Source: Mycobacteriales bacterium (GTDB taxonomy: Bacteria; Actinomycetota; Actinomycetes; Mycobacteriales; Geodermatophilaceae). From it: a DNA stretch of 64,000 nt. Position 1 is the first letter of the stretch; each line of letters begins with the position of its first letter. A program made the translations under genes and the position numbers. This document shows, piece by piece, positions 1 through 13,039 of this stretch. Below the pieces are notes generated by a model. That model made no database searches, was not told the DNA's origin, and saw only the letters and a list, made by a program, of their open reading frames with translations. The stretch spans positions 579 through 64,578 of the forward strand of contig JBBSVA010000004.1 in NCBI GenBank assembly GCA_038233915.1. The letters are read 5' to 3'.

Positions 1-2060
1 ACGACCGTGGCGTGCTGGGCATCCAGGAGCGCGTCTGGATCCGCCTCGGCGAGGTCTTCGGCGTCGACAACGGCCCGAAGAACGACGCATGGGAGGCCCC
101 GGAGGGCTGGGAGCCCGGCACGCCGGCGCTCGTGCACACCAGCCTGGGGCGGGTGCTCTTCAACGAGGCGCTGCCCGAGGACTACCGCTTCGTCAACTAC
201 CAGGTGCCCAAGAAGGAGCTCGGGGCGATCGTCAACGACCTCGCCGAGCGCTACCCCAAGGTCCAGGTCGCCGCGACCCTGGACGCCCTCAAGGCGGCCG
301 GGTTCCACTGGGCCACCCGCGCGGGCATCACGATCGCCATCGACGACGTGGTGACCCCGCCGGCCAAGGCCGCCATCCTGGAGCGCCACGAGGACGAGGC
401 ACGCAAGATCGAGAAGCAGTACGAGCGCGGCGTCATCACCGACTCCGAGCGTCGTGCCGAGCTCATCGAGATCTGGACCCGGGCGCGTGCCGAGGTCAGC
501 CAGGCGATGGTGGACAACTTCCCCACCACCAACCCGGTCTGGGTCATGGTCAACTCGGGTGCCCGAGGCAACATGATGCAGATTAGCCAGATCGCCGGCA
601 TGCGTGGTCTCGTCGCGAACCCCAAGGGCGAGATCATCCCGCGCCCGATCAAGGCGAACTTCCGCGAGGGTCTGTCCGTGCTGGAGTACTTCATCTCCAC
701 GCACGGCGCCCGCAAGGGCCTGGCCGACACGGCGCTGCGCACCGCCGACTCCGGGTATCTCACCCGTCGTCTGGTGGACGTCAGCCAGGACGTCATCATC
801 CGCGAGGAGGACTGCGGGACCGAGCGTGGCGTGCTCATGCCGATCGGCACGGTCGTCGACGGCACGGTCACCCGTGACGCCCACGTGGAAACCAGCGTCT
901 ACGCCCGGGCCCTGGCCACGGACGTCGAGGCCTCGGACGGGACGGTCGTCGCGACGGCCGGCTCGGACCTGGGGGACGTGCTCATCGCTGAGCTGGTCGA
1001 CACCGGCATCGCCGAGGTCAAGGTCCGCTGCGTGCTCACCTGTGAGTCGCTGCTGGGCACCTGTGCCACCTGCTACGGCCGTTCGCTGGCCACTGGCAAG
1101 CTGGTCGATGTCGGTGAGGCGGTGGGCATCATCGCCGCCCAGTCCATCGGCGAGCCCGGCACGCAGCTGACGATGCGCACCTTCCACACCGGTGGTGTGG
1201 CCGGTGACGACATCACCCACGGTCTGCCCCGCATCGTCGAGCTCTTCGAGGCCCGCGTCCCCAAGGGCAAGGCCCCGATCGCCGAGCTGGCCGGCCGGGT
1301 CTCCATCGAGGACGGCGAGCAGTTCCGCAAGCTCACCATCACCCCCGATGACGGCTCCGACGACGTCGTCTACGAGAAGCTGTCGCGTCGTTCGCGGCTG
1401 CGGGTCGAGGACGGCGGCCACGTCGAGGTCGGCGAGCAGCTGACCGAGGGTGCTGTCGACCCGCACGAGGTGCTGCGGATCATGGGCCCGCGCGAGGTGC
1501 AGCTGCACCTCGTCCGCGAGGTCCAGGAGGTCTACCGCAGCCAGGGCGTGTCGATCCACGACAAGCACATCGAGGTGATCATCCGTCAGATGCTCAAGCG
1601 GGTGACCATCATCGACTCGGGCGCCACGGAGTTCCTGCCCGGTGCGCTGATCGAGCGGACGCTGTTCGAGACCGCGAACCGTCGGGTGGTGTCCGAGGGC
1701 GCCGAGCCGGCCTCGGCTCGTCCGGTCCTCATGGGGATCACCAAGGCGTCGCTGGCGACGGAGTCGTGGCTGTCCGCCGCCTCCTTCCAGGAGACGACCA
1801 AGGTGCTCACCGACGCTGCGATCCAGGGCAAGAGCGACAGCCTGCTCGGGCTCAAGGAGAACGTGATCATCGGCAAGCTCATCCCGGCCGGTACCGGGAT
1901 CAGCCGCTACCGCAACATCACGGTCGAGCCCACCGAGGAGGCCCGCGCCGCGGTCTACACGATGGCGGGCTACGACGACGGGCAGTACTACAGCCCGGAC
2001 GTCTTCGGCTCCGGCACCGGCGAGGCCGTGCGTCTCGAGGAGTACGACTGGCGGAGCTGA
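1..2060 (+). CDS. rpoC: DNA-directed RNA polymerase subunit beta-prime, C-terminal part (gene starts upstream of window)
   Basis: Frame of ORF 12..2060 is open to the window edge. Translation carries beta-prime signatures ([52 protein letters not shown]). Confidence 0.97.
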   Translation, partial: DRGVLGIQERVWIRLGEVFGVDNGPKNDAWEAPEGWEPGTPALVHTSLGRVLFNEALPEDYRFVNYQVPKKELGAIVNDLAERYPKVQVAATLDALKAAGFHWATRAGITIAIDDVVTPPAKAAILERHEDEARKIEKQYERGVITDSERRAELIEIWTRARAEVSQAMVDNFPTTNPVWVMVNSGARGNMMQISQIAGMRGLVANPKGEIIPRPIKANFREGLSVLEYFISTHGARKGLADTALRTADSGYLTRRLVDVSQDVIIREEDCGTERGVLMPIGTVVDGTVTRDAHVETSVYARALATDVEASDGTVVATAGSDLGDVLIAELVDTGIAEVKVRCVLTCESLLGTCATCYGRSLATGKLVDVGEAVGIIAAQSIGEPGTQLTMRTFHTGGVAGDDITHGLPRIVELFEARVPKGKAPIAELAGRVSIEDGEQFRKLTITPDDGSDDVVYEKLSRRSRLRVEDGGHVEVGEQLTEGAVDPHEVLRIMGPREVQLHLVREVQEVYRSQGVSIHDKHIEVIIRQMLKRVTIIDSGATEFLPGALIERTLFETANRRVVSEGAEPASARPVLMGITKASLATESWLSAASFQETTKVLTDAAIQGKSDSLLGLKENVIIGKLIPAGTGISRYRNITVEPTEEARAAVYTMAGYDDGQYYSPDVFGSGTGEAVRLEEYDWRS

Positions 2061-2099
2061 CGGCGGCCTTCCGCGAGGGAGACCGACCCAGCACGTGAC

Positions 2100-2135
2100 G
2101 GAGGCCCCGCAGACCACCCGGTCTGCGGGGCCTCC
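2100..2135. terminator. Perfect 16-bp GC hairpin between convergent rpoC and the oxidoreductase gene (no U-tract)
   Basis: GGAGGCCCCGCAGACC-accc-GGTCTGCGGGGCCTCC read directly, followed by the palindrome GCGCACCGCGGTGCGC. Lies between two convergent stop codons. Confidence 0.6.
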
Positions 2136-2200
2136 TGCGCACCGCGGTGCGCCCGTGCGCCGTCACGTGACGCAACGACTCGGCTGTCCCGGCGCGGACG

Positions 2201-3241
2201 TCAGTGGCAGAGCCGCGCCATCGTCTCCACGGTGGTCCGGCGTCCCTCGCGGCTGGCGTCCAGCGGCTGACAGGTCAGCACTGTCACGCCGGCCTCCGCG
2301 AAGGCTGCGATCCGCTCGGCGACCCAGGCCTCGGGACCCACCAGCGACACGGCCCGGACGAGCTCCTCCGGCAGTGCGGCGGCGGCCTCGTCCTTGCGGC
2401 CGGCCAGGTAGAGGTCCTGCACGGTGGCCGCGGCCTCCGCGTACCCGTACCGGACGGCGAGGTCGTTGTAGAAGTTCTTCCCCTTCGCGCCCATCCCGCC
2501 CACGTACAGCGCCAGCGCCGGCCGGACGGCGTCCAGCAGGTGGTCCACGTCCTCCCCGATGGCCACGGGCACCCCCGCCACGATGCCCAGGTCGCCCAGG
2601 CCGGGGTCCCGCTCGGCCCGTCCGGCGGCCAGCGCGTCCCCCCAGACGTCGGCTGCGCGCTCGGGGTGGAACCAGATGGGTTCCCACACCTCGGCGATCT
2701 CCGCGGCCAGCTGGACGTTCTTGGGGCCGATCGCGGCGAGCATGACCGGGATGCGGTCCCGGACGGGGGTGTTGATCAGCTTGAGCGGCTTGCCCAGCCC
2801 GGTGCCCTGGTCGGCCGGCAGCGGGACGGTGTACTTCGGGCCGTCGTGCTGGAGCTTCTCCCGGCGCCACACCTGCCGGCAGATCTCCACCACCTCGCGG
2901 GTGCGGGCCAGCGGGGCGTCGTAGGGCACGCCGTGCCAGCCCTCGATCACCTGCGGGCCCGAGGCGCCCAAGCCCAGGGTGAAGCGGCCGCCGGAGACGA
3001 AGTCCAGCCCGGCCGCGGTCATCGCGGTCAGCGCGGGGGTGCGGCTGTAGATCGGCAGGATGCCGCTCATCAGCTCGTCCCGGTCGGTGACGGCGGCCAG
3101 GTAGCCCAGCTGGCTGACCGCGTCGAAGGTGTAGACCTCCGCGCACACCGCCACGTCGAGGCCCACCTGTTCGAGGTCGGCGATCTCGGCGGCGGTCTGC
3201 CGGAAGTCACCTGCGTAGGCGGCCTGGATCCCAATGCGCAC
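2201..3241 (-). CDS. LLM-class (luciferase-like) F420-dependent oxidoreductase
   Basis: C-terminal 346 aa of ORF 2201..3598 (VRIGIQAAYAGDF...GGRFTLGLGASGPQVIEGWHGVPY...) look like a luciferase-like monooxygenase/F420 oxidoreductase. GTG at 3241 is preceded by AGGAGG. The upstream Arg/Pro-rich part of the ORF is non-coding-like. Confidence 0.8.
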   Translation of the reverse strand: MRIGIQAAYAGDFRQTAAEIADLEQVGLDVAVCAEVYTFDAVSQLGYLAAVTDRDELMSGILPIYSRTPALTAMTAAGLDFVSGGRFTLGLGASGPQVIEGWHGVPYDAPLARTREVVEICRQVWRREKLQHDGPKYTVPLPADQGTGLGKPLKLINTPVRDRIPVMLAAIGPKNVQLAAEIAEVWEPIWFHPERAADVWGDALAAGRAERDPGLGDLGIVAGVPVAIGEDVDHLLDAVRPALALYVGGMGAKGKNFYNDLAVRYGYAEAAATVQDLYLAGRKDEAAAALPEELVRAVSLVGPEAWVAERIAAFAEAGVTVLTCQPLDASREGRRTTVETMARLCH

Positions 3242-3345
3242 TGGTCCTCCTGGTGTCCGGTTCCGGTGGGGTCGTCGCAGTACGGGTGGGGCCCGCGGCC
3301 CCGGACGGTCCTGCGCCATCCAGCGAGAGCCGCCGGACGGCAGCG

Positions 3346-3582
3346 TCAGCCGGCCGGGAGGGCCCGCACGGTCCCGATCACCTGGGTCACCACCCGGACG
3401 CCGGCCACCGCGGCCGGGACCCGGGCGCCGGCTCCGCTGTCGGCCAGGTCGACCCGGACCACGTACTCGGTGTCCCGGCGGCTGAGCCCGACCGCGACCA
3501 CACCGGGGTCGGTGGCCAGCCGCTCGGCCAGTTCGGTCTTCGCCGCGCGGGCGGTGGCCCGGTCGGGGTGCGGATCGGTCAT
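3346..3582 (-). CDS. Hypothetical 78-aa protein resembling the N-terminal domain of the adjacent protease
   Basis: ATG at 3582 inside ORF 3346..3888, with AGGTGGA about 11 nt upstream. Lies 55 nt downstream of the protease stop on the same strand. Product MTDPHPDRATARAAKTELAERLATDPGVVAVGLSRRD... has no recognised family. Confidence 0.5.
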   Translation of the reverse strand: MTDPHPDRATARAAKTELAERLATDPGVVAVGLSRRDTEYVVRVDLADSGAGARVPAAVAGVRVVTQVIGTVRALPAG

Positions 3583-3637
3583 GGGGCCTATGGTCCACCT
3601 GGACGGGCCTCCTGCCCAGGCCTGACCGCCCCGGTCC

Positions 3638-4618
3638 TCAGCCGGCGACCCACTCCAGGCCGAGGACGTCCAGGACGGTGGCCAGCGGGTTCGCGAAGGT
3701 GACCCCGCCACCCCTCGCCCCGCCGGTGGTCGACCCGGCGAAGAGCAGGCCCAGCGGAGACCGGTCCCGGCTGCGCCAGATGACCGACCCGGAGTCCCCG
3801 CCCTCGCTGAAGGACCCGGACAGGCCCTCGATCTCGACCTGGTCGTCGAACGTGTAGACCACGCCCTCGTCGTACTGCACGCCCACACCGTCGACCTCGA
3901 CAGCGGTGATCCGGCCGAACGTGTGCCCGGTGGTCCGCCCGACCTTCTCCACGTCCTCGTCGGGGTCCACAGCCAGGGCGCCGGCCACCGTCGCCAGCAG
4001 CGGGCCCCCGGGGTAGGCGGTGGGGTCGGCGTCGACGCCGTCGTCGAGAGCGACCACGGCGGCGTCCACCAGGTTGCCGGTCGGGACGAACCGCACCGCG
4101 TCGGTCAGCTCGCCGACCCGGTCGGCCGCGGTGCCACCGTCGGCCGGGCCGGGTTGCAGCACGGGGTCGCCCACGGTGGCCTTGTCGCTGGCGGCCAGCA
4201 CGTGGTTGTTGGACAGCACCAGCAGCCCGCCGGACCCGGCTCGCCGGACGAAGCCGCCGAGCGTGCCGGCGGTGACGTCGCGCTGGGCGATGGACAGCCC
4301 GGGCACGAGCGGTCGGGTCCGCTGCTGCAACTGCGTGGGGGTGGGGGAGCCCAGCGGGCGCACCGGGCCGATCACCCGGATGTCCATCTCGCTGCGGGCG
4401 GCGTCGTCCAACCCGTCGAGCACGGCGGCCGCGTCGGCCTCGGCCACCAGCCGCACCGCGAGGTGCACCTGGTCGGGGCCGACCGGCGCCAGCCCCAGTG
4501 CGACACCGCTCCAGCCCGACCCGTCGCGCAGCCCGCTGGCCACCACCGTGCCCGGGGCCGCCTCGGACAGCCGGCGGGACAGCAGGGCCTTGAGCTCGCG
4601 GGCGGAGTCGACGTGCAC
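3638..4618 (-). CDS. Trypsin-like (S1 family) serine protease with no signal peptide
   Basis: GTG at 4618 with GGAGG 5 nt upstream, inside ORF 3638..4921. Candidate catalytic triad in LSNNHVLA (His), VDAAVVAL (Asp) and EGGDSGSV (Ser). An N-terminal domain of about 100 aa has unknown function. Confidence 0.75.
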   Translation of the reverse strand: MHVDSARELKALLSRRLSEAAPGTVVASGLRDGSGWSGVALGLAPVGPDQVHLAVRLVAEADAAAVLDGLDDAARSEMDIRVIGPVRPLGSPTPTQLQQRTRPLVPGLSIAQRDVTAGTLGGFVRRAGSGGLLVLSNNHVLAASDKATVGDPVLQPGPADGGTAADRVGELTDAVRFVPTGNLVDAAVVALDDGVDADPTAYPGGPLLATVAGALAVDPDEDVEKVGRTTGHTFGRITAVEVDGVGVQYDEGVVYTFDDQVEIEGLSGSFSEGGDSGSVIWRSRDRSPLGLLFAGSTTGGARGGGVTFANPLATVLDVLGLEWVAG

Positions 4619-4907
4619 GGTGGCCTCCAGGGAACGGGTCCGGTGGGCCCGCTGCGGACCCGTCCCCGACGGTAGGGGGAGGGTCCGACAACGGCGATCG
4701 GTCGACCCGCCGCCCCGCACTGCTGACAACGGGGGGACCCGCGGGTAGCTTCGGGCATGGTTCGGTCCCGGCCGGCCGCTGCCCGGGCACAGCCCTCGCA
4801 GTGGCCGGGCACCACGGACCGTCGTCCCGCACCACGTCCGGCCTCCGGGTACCGGTGGTGCATCGACGTCGGACACGGTGTCCAGCGCAGGCGTGACGGA
4901 CCCGGCT

Positions 4908-4936
4908 TTGACCGGGTCCACCCGCCCGGGTATCGT
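4908..4936 (+). promoter_or_regulatory. Predicted sigma-A-type promoter of the str operon
   Basis: TTGACC (4908-4913), 17-nt spacer, TATCGT (4931-4936), about 355 nt upstream of the rpsL ATG. Sequence match only. Confidence 0.45.
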
Positions 4937-5292
4937 GGTCAGCCGTGCCCAGGGAGACCTGGGACTGCTCCCGTTCGCTACGCACCTGCACGCCTGGTCG
5001 GTCCCCGGATCGCCTGGTCAGCAGGGGGTCCAGCCCGCCGGCTCGCGCCGCGGTCCGGTGGACCTGGTGTCAGACGCGAGGGGCGACCGAGTCCGGCTCA
5101 TCCGCTGGCCGGTTCCAGCCGAGGGCAACACGCCCGAGTGCGGGGGCCGGACTACCGGCACGGGCGGACCCGGGAGCAGGACAGCGAGACCCGGCACCAC
5201 GGCACTCAGCACGACAGAAGTCAGCACGGAACCACCCAGCACGGCACTCATCCACAGCACGACCCAGCGCAGGCAGGAGATCAAGGCCACCC

Positions 5293-5667
5293 ATGCCCAC
5301 GATCCAGCAGCTGGTCCGCAAGGGCCGCGAGGACAAGGTCGAGAAGACCAAGACCCCGGCGTTGAAGGGTTCCCCTCAGCGCCGCGGCGTGTGCACGCGC
5401 GTCTACACGACGACGCCGAAGAAGCCGAACTCGGCGCTGCGCAAGGTCGCTCGCGTCCGGCTCACCAGCGGCGTCGAGGTCACCGCGTACATCCCCGGTG
5501 TCGGTCACAACCTGCAGGAGCACTCCATGGTGCTCGTGCGAGGCGGCCGAGTGAAGGACCTCCCCGGCGTCCGTTACAAGATCATCCGTGGCTCCCTGGA
5601 CACCCAGGCGGTCCGCGGTCGCAAGCAGGCTCGCAGCCGGTACGGCGCGAAGAAGGAGAAGAGCTAA
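5293..5667 (+). CDS. rpsL: 30S ribosomal protein S12
   Basis: ATG 5293 inside ORF 4945..5667. [12 protein letters not shown]...[17 protein letters not shown] is canonical S12. AGGAGA lies about 12 nt upstream. Confidence 0.98.
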   Translation: MPTIQQLVRKGREDKVEKTKTPALKGSPQRRGVCTRVYTTTPKKPNSALRKVARVRLTSGVEVTAYIPGVGHNLQEHSMVLVRGGRVKDLPGVRYKIIRGSLDTQAVRGRKQARSRYGAKKEKS

Positions 5668-6137
5668 TGCCGCGCAAGGGCCCTGCCCCGAAGCGTCCGC
5701 TCGTCGTCGACCCGGTCTACCAGTCCCAGCTGGTCACCCAGCTGGTGAACAAGGTGCTCGTCGACGGCAAGCGCTCCATCGCCGAGGCGATCGTCTACGG
5801 CGCCCTCGAGGGCGTCCGGGCCAAGAACGACACCGACCCGGTCGTGACCCTCAAGCGCGCGCTGGACAACGTGAAGCCCGCCCTCGAGGTCCGTAGCCGC
5901 CGAGTCGGCGGCGCCACCTACCAGGTGCCGATCGAGGTCCGTCCCTCGCGCAGCACCACGCTCGGCCTCCGCTGGCTCATCCAGTACAGCCGCTCGCGTC
6001 GTGAGAAGACCATGACGGAGCGCCTCATGAACGAGCTGCTGGACGCGAGCAACGGCCTGGGTGCCGCGGTCAAGCGCCGCGAGGACACGCACAAGATGGC
6101 CGAGTCGAACAAGGCCTTCGCGCACTACCGCTGGTGA
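5667..6137 (+). CDS. rpsG: 30S ribosomal protein S7
   Basis: ATG 5667 overlaps the rpsL stop (TAATG). [20 protein letters not shown]...AFAHYRW, 156 aa. Confidence 0.98.
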   Translation: MPRKGPAPKRPLVVDPVYQSQLVTQLVNKVLVDGKRSIAEAIVYGALEGVRAKNDTDPVVTLKRALDNVKPALEVRSRRVGGATYQVPIEVRPSRSTTLGLRWLIQYSRSRREKTMTERLMNELLDASNGLGAAVKRREDTHKMAESNKAFAHYRW

Positions 6138-6246
6138 CCACCGGCGGCTGGTGAGACCCACCAGCACCACCAGCCGCCACCCCGCGGCGAACCCCGGGCA
6201 GCCCCCGAGGGAACCGCGACCAGTACCCAGAGCAGGAGGAACACCC

Positions 6247-8334
<2,088 letters not shown>

Positions 8335-8435
8335 CCGGAACGGGCCGCAGCCACCAGGCGGCCTGATCCGGCGGGCACCCGCCCGACCCCCAGACTCAGC
8401 AGCCCGCTGCTAGAAACACGTCAGAGAGGAACCCA

Positions 8436-9629
8436 GTGGCCAAGGCCAAGTTCGAGCGGACCAAGCCGCACGTCAACATCGGCACCATCGGGCACATCGA
8501 CCACGGGAAGACGACGCTCACCGCGGCGATCACCAAGGTCCTGCACGACAAGTACCCGAACCTCAACGAGGCGTCTGCGTTCGACCAGATCGACAAGGCG
8601 CCCGAGGAGAAGGCGCGTGGGATCACGATCTCCATCGCCCACGTCGAGTACCAGACCGAGAAGCGCCACTACGCACACGTCGACTGCCCCGGGCACGCCG
8701 ACTACATCAAGAACATGATCACCGGTGCGGCGCAGATGGACGGCGCCATCCTGGTGGTCGCGGCCACCGACGGCCCCATGCCGCAGACCAAGGAGCACGT
8801 GCTCCTGGCCCGCCAGGTGGGTGTCCCCTACATCGTCGTCGCGCTGAACAAGTCCGACATGGTCGATGACGAGGAGATCCTCGAGCTCGTCGAGCTCGAG
8901 GTCCGCGAGCTGCTCTCCGAGTACGAGTTCCCGGGCGACGACCTGCCGGTCGTGCGCGTCTCGGCGCTGAAGGCGCTCGAGGGTGACGCCGAGTGGGCCG
9001 ACAAGCTCATGGAGCTCATGGACGCGGTCGACGCCTCGATCCCCGAGCCCGAGCGTGAGATCGACAAGCCGTTCCTCATGCCCGTCGAGGACGTCTTCAC
9101 GATCACCGGTCGTGGCACTGTCGTCACCGGCCGCGTCGAGCGTGGCATCGTCAAGGTCTCCGAGGAGATCGAGATCGTCGGCATCCGCCCGACCTCGTCG
9201 AAGACGACCGTCACCGGTGTCGAGATGTTCCGCAAGCTGCTCGACCAGGGTCAGGCCGGCGACAACGTGGGCCTGCTGCTGCGCGGCATCAAGCGCGAGG
9301 ACGTCGAGCGTGGCCAGGTCGTCGTGAAGCCCGGCTCGATCACCCCGCACACGAACTTCGAGGGCTCGGTCTACATCCTCTCGAAGGACGAGGGTGGCCG
9401 TCACACGCCGTTCTTCAACAACTACCGTCCCCAGTTCTACTTCCGGACGACGGACGTCACCGGTGTCGTCACGCTGCCCTCGGGCACCGAGATGGTCATG
9501 CCCGGTGACAACACCGAGATGACGGTGGAGCTCATCCAGCCCATCGCCATGGAGGAGGGCCTGCGCTTCGCCATCCGTGAGGGTGGCCGCACCGTCGGTG
9601 CCGGTCGCGTGGTCAAGATCAACCAGTAG
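8436..9629 (+). CDS. tuf: Elongation factor Tu
   Basis: ORF 8436..9629 (GTG start). [31 protein letters not shown]...DCPGHADY, 397 aa. Confidence 0.99.
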   Translation: MAKAKFERTKPHVNIGTIGHIDHGKTTLTAAITKVLHDKYPNLNEASAFDQIDKAPEEKARGITISIAHVEYQTEKRHYAHVDCPGHADYIKNMITGAAQMDGAILVVAATDGPMPQTKEHVLLARQVGVPYIVVALNKSDMVDDEEILELVELEVRELLSEYEFPGDDLPVVRVSALKALEGDAEWADKLMELMDAVDASIPEPEREIDKPFLMPVEDVFTITGRGTVVTGRVERGIVKVSEEIEIVGIRPTSSKTTVTGVEMFRKLLDQGQAGDNVGLLLRGIKREDVERGQVVVKPGSITPHTNFEGSVYILSKDEGGRHTPFFNNYRPQFYFRTTDVTGVVTLPSGTEMVMPGDNTEMTVELIQPIAMEEGLRFAIREGGRTVGAGRVVKINQ

Positions 9630-9636
9630 TCCCCCT

Positions 9637-9670
9637 GGTGGGTGGCGGACGTGATCGTCCGTCACCCACC
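9637..9670 (+). terminator. 15-bp hairpin directly after tuf (str operon terminator or attenuator)
   Basis: GGTGGGTGGCGGACG-tgat-CGTCCGTCACCCACC with one G-U pair, starting 8 nt after the tuf stop codon. Confidence 0.6.
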
Positions 9671-9754
9671 GCCCGGGTCGTCCCGGGAACTCCCGGGTCA
9701 CCTGATCCAGTACGTCTTCCAGCAACACCCGATCGGCAGGAGCGAGACAAGGCG

Positions 9755-10060
9755 ATGGCGGGACAGAAGATCCGCATCCGGCTGAAGGCTTACGACCACG
9801 AGGCCATCGATGCTTCGGCGCGGCGCATCGTGGACACGGTGACGAAGACCGGAGCGCGCGTCGTCGGCCCGGTGCCGCTGCCGACCGAGAAGAACGTGTA
9901 CTGCGTCATCCGCTCGCCGCACAAGTACAAGGACTCGCGCGAGCACTTCGAGATGCGTACGCACAAGCGGCTCATCGACATCCTCGACCCGACGCCGAAG
10001 ACGGTCGATGCGCTCATGCGCATCGACCTGCCGGCCTCGGTCGACGTCAACATCCAGTAG
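9755..10060 (+). CDS. rpsJ: 30S ribosomal protein S10
   Basis: ATG 9755 inside ORF 9638..10060. [26 protein letters not shown]..., 101 aa. Confidence 0.98.
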   Translation: MAGQKIRIRLKAYDHEAIDASARRIVDTVTKTGARVVGPVPLPTEKNVYCVIRSPHKYKDSREHFEMRTHKRLIDILDPTPKTVDALMRIDLPASVDVNIQ

Positions 10061-10073
10061 GGGCACCGAGACA

Positions 10074-10739
10074 ATGGCGAGCACATTCCGTGGTCTCCTC
10101 GGCGAGAAGCTGGGGATGACCCAGGTCTTCGACGAGAACAACCGCATCGTGCCGGTCACCGTGGTCAAGGCGGGCCCGTGCGTGGTCACCCAGGTGCGTA
10201 CCCCCGACGTGGACGGCTACTCGGCCGTCCAGATCGGGTTCGGCGCGATCGACCCCCGCAAGGTGAACAAGCCCGAGGGTGGGCACTTCGCCAAGGCGGG
10301 CGTCACGCCGCGACGGCACCTGGTCGAGCTGCGCACGAAGGACGCCGGCGACTACACGGTCGGTCAGGAACTGACCACTGACGTCTTCGCGGGCGTCGCG
10401 ACCGTCGACGTGATCGGCAAGAGCAAGGGCAAGGGCACCGCCGGTGTCATGAAGCGTCACGGGTTCAAGGGCCTGGGCGCAGGACACGGCGTCCAGCGCA
10501 AGCACCGTTCGCCCGGCTCGATCGGTGGCTGTGCCACCCCGGGTCGTGTCTTCAAGGGCATGCGCATGGCCGGGCGGATGGGTGCGGTCACCACGACCAC
10601 CCTGTCCCTCAAGGTGCACAAGGTGGACGCGGAGAAGGGGCTGGTCCTGATCAAGGGCGCCGTCCCGGGACCGCGCGGTGGGTTGCTGCTCGTCCGCTCC
10701 GCGGTCAAGGGCGGCCCCGTGGGGAGTGACGCGAAGTGA
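10074..10739 (+). CDS. rplC: 50S ribosomal protein L3
   Basis: ATG 10074 inside ORF 10008..10739. [25 protein letters not shown]... matches L3. Confidence 0.97.
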   Translation: MASTFRGLLGEKLGMTQVFDENNRIVPVTVVKAGPCVVTQVRTPDVDGYSAVQIGFGAIDPRKVNKPEGGHFAKAGVTPRRHLVELRTKDAGDYTVGQELTTDVFAGVATVDVIGKSKGKGTAGVMKRHGFKGLGAGHGVQRKHRSPGSIGGCATPGRVFKGMRMAGRMGAVTTTTLSLKVHKVDAEKGLVLIKGAVPGPRGGLLLVRSAVKGGPVGSDAK

Positions 10740-11527
10740 CCATCACGACGACCGAGCGGACTGACCGGACCGTCGATGTCCGCACGCCTGCCGGCGAGAA
10801 GTCCGGCACGGCGACGCTGCCGGGCACCCTGTTCGACGCGAACGCCAACGTCTCGCTGATGCACCAGGTGGTCGTGGCCCAGCTGGCCGCGGCCCGCCAG
10901 GGCACGCACGCGACGAAAACGCGCGCCCAGGTCAGCGGCACCGGCGCCAAGCCGTACCGCCAGAAGGGCACCGGCCGCGCCCGTCAGGGCTCGCTGCGTG
11001 CGCCGCAGTTCGAGGGCGGCGGTGTCTCGCACGGCCCGCAGCCGCGCAACTACGACCAGAAGACGCCCAAGAAGATGAAGGCCGCCGCCCTGCGCGGTGC
11101 CCTCTCCGACCGGGCCCGCGAGGACCGCGTGCACGTGGTGTCGGCGTTCGTCGAGGGCGACGCGCCCTCGACCAAGGCCGCGCTCGCTGCGCTGGACCTG
11201 ATCAGCACCGCCAAGCGCGTGCTCGTGGTCCTGGACCGCGAGGACGTCCTCAACTGGGTGAGCCTGCGCAACGTGCCGCGGGTGCACCTGATCGAGGCCG
11301 GTCAGCTGAACACCTACGACGTGCTGTGTGCCGACGAGGTGGTCTTCACCGAGTCCGCGCTCGCTGAGTACGTCGCCGGTCCGGCGAAGGGCGGACGGGG
11401 CCGCGCGAGCAGCTCCGAGCTCCCCGACCTGGAGACGCACGAGATCGACAGCGAGGTGCCGTCGATCGCCCTGCCCACCGACAGCGCGGCCACGACCACC
11501 ACCGCAGACACCGAGGAGAAGGCATGA
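10736..11527 (+). CDS. rplD: 50S ribosomal protein L4 with an acidic/Thr-rich C-terminal tail
   Basis: GTG 10736 overlaps the rplC TGA. ...[34 protein letters not shown]... matches L4. Confidence 0.96.
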   Translation: MTITTTERTDRTVDVRTPAGEKSGTATLPGTLFDANANVSLMHQVVVAQLAAARQGTHATKTRAQVSGTGAKPYRQKGTGRARQGSLRAPQFEGGGVSHGPQPRNYDQKTPKKMKAAALRGALSDRAREDRVHVVSAFVEGDAPSTKAALAALDLISTAKRVLVVLDREDVLNWVSLRNVPRVHLIEAGQLNTYDVLCADEVVFTESALAEYVAGPAKGGRGRASSSELPDLETHEIDSEVPSIALPTDSAATTTTADTEEKA

Positions 11528-11826
11528 GCGTCCGCGACCCCCGGGACGTCCTGCTGTCCCCGGTCATCTCGGAGAAGAGCTACGGGCTGCTCGACGAGAA
11601 CAAGTACACGTTCATCGTGCGCCCGGATGCGAACAAGACGCAGATCAAGATCGCTGTGCAGCAGGTCTTCAACGTGAAGGTCCTCGCCGTCAACACGATC
11701 AACCGGCAGGGCAAGCGGAAGCGCTCCAAGGGCGCCGTGATGGGCAAGCGCAAGGACACCAAGCGCGCCATCGTCTCCGTGGCTCCTGGCGACCGCATCG
11801 AGCTGTTCGGCGGCCCGGGCGCCTGA
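11524..11826 (+). CDS. rplW: 50S ribosomal protein L23
   Basis: ATGA overlap with rpl[33 protein letters not shown]..., 100 aa. Confidence 0.97.
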   Translation: MSVRDPRDVLLSPVISEKSYGLLDENKYTFIVRPDANKTQIKIAVQQVFNVKVLAVNTINRQGKRKRSKGAVMGKRKDTKRAIVSVAPGDRIELFGGPGA

Positions 11827-11880
11827 CGGCGATCCGGACCAGCGACTGCACCGAGACCAGACAGGGACTGAGTAGGAACC

Positions 11881-12714
11881 ATGGCCATTCGTAAGTACAA
11901 GCCGACGACGCCGGGCCGCCGCGGCTCGTCCGTCGCCGACTTCGCCGAGGTCACCCGCGACCACCCCGAGAAGTCGCTGGTCCGCCCGCTGCACGGCCGG
12001 GGCGGCCGCAACGTCCACGGCCGCGTCACTGCGCGCCACCAGGGTGGTGGGCACAAGCGTGCCTACCGCCTCATCGACTTCCGTCGGGCCGACAAGGACG
12101 GTGTGCCGGCCAAGGTCGCGCACATCGAGTACGACCCGAACCGCACGTCGCGGATCGCGCTCCTGCACTTCGCGGACGGCGAGAAGCGCTACATCATCGC
12201 GCCGGCGAAGCTCAAGCAGGGCGACCTGGTCGAGTGCGGCCCCAATGCCGACATCAAGCCGGGCAACAACCTGCCGCTGCGCAACATCCCGGTCGGCACC
12301 GTGGTCCACGCCATCGAGCTCCGTCCCGGTGGCGGGGCCAAGATCGCCCGCTCGGCCGGCACCAGCGTCCAGCTGGTGGCCCGTGAGGGTCGCTTCGCCC
12401 AGCTGCGGATGCCCTCGGGCGAGATCCGCAACGTCGACGTGCGGTGCCGCGCGTCCATCGGCGAAGTCGGCAACGCCGAGCAGTCGAACATCAACTGGGG
12501 CAAGGCCGGCCGCATGCGGTGGAAGGGCAGGCGCCCGACCGTCCGCGGTGTCGCGATGAACCCGGTCGACCACCCGCACGGTGGTGGTGAGGGGAAGACC
12601 TCCGGTGGACGCCACCCGGTCAACCCGAAGGGCAAGCCGGAGGGCCGCACGCGCAAGCGCAAGGCCTCCGACGCCATGATCGTGCGCCGCCGGCGCGCGA
12701 ACAAGAAGCGCTGA
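11881..12714 (+). CDS. rplB: 50S ribosomal protein L2
   Basis: [21 protein letters not shown]...[17 protein letters not shown], 277 aa. Confidence 0.99.
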   Translation: MAIRKYKPTTPGRRGSSVADFAEVTRDHPEKSLVRPLHGRGGRNVHGRVTARHQGGGHKRAYRLIDFRRADKDGVPAKVAHIEYDPNRTSRIALLHFADGEKRYIIAPAKLKQGDLVECGPNADIKPGNNLPLRNIPVGTVVHAIELRPGGGAKIARSAGTSVQLVAREGRFAQLRMPSGEIRNVDVRCRASIGEVGNAEQSNINWGKAGRMRWKGRRPTVRGVAMNPVDHPHGGGEGKTSGGRHPVNPKGKPEGRTRKRKASDAMIVRRRRANKKR

Positions 12715-12737
12715 GCGGGTAGAGGAGCCGACAGACA

Positions 12738-13019
12738 ATGCCACGCAGCCTGAAGAAGGGCCCGTTCGTCGACGACCACCTGCTCGCCAAGGTGGACGCC
12801 CAGAACGAGAAGGGCACCAAGAACGTCATCCGCACCTGGTCGCGGCGTTCGACGATCATCCCCGACATGCTCGGCCACACCATGGCCGTGCACGACGGGC
12901 GCAAGCACGTCCCGGTGTTCGTCACCGAGGCGATGGTCGGGCACAAGCTCGGCGAGTTCGCGCCCACCCGCACCTTCCGCGGGCACGTCAAGGACGACCG
13001 CCGGTCGCGGCGCGGCTGA
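12738..13019 (+). CDS. rpsS: 30S ribosomal protein S19
   Basis: [19 protein letters not shown]...[29 protein letters not shown], 93 aa. Confidence 0.99.
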   Translation: MPRSLKKGPFVDDHLLAKVDAQNEKGTKNVIRTWSRRSTIIPDMLGHTMAVHDGRKHVPVFVTEAMVGHKLGEFAPTRTFRGHVKDDRRSRRG

Positions 13020-13039
13020 GCGGACGAGGAGAACCTGAG

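Noticed and set aside
2095-3146. Arg/Pro-rich ORFs (2095..2745 plus strand, 2163..3146 minus strand) overlapping the oxidoreductase gene
   Set aside because: Extreme Arg/Pro/Gly composition and alternative frames of a gene with a clear LLM-type product. Not credible coding sequences.
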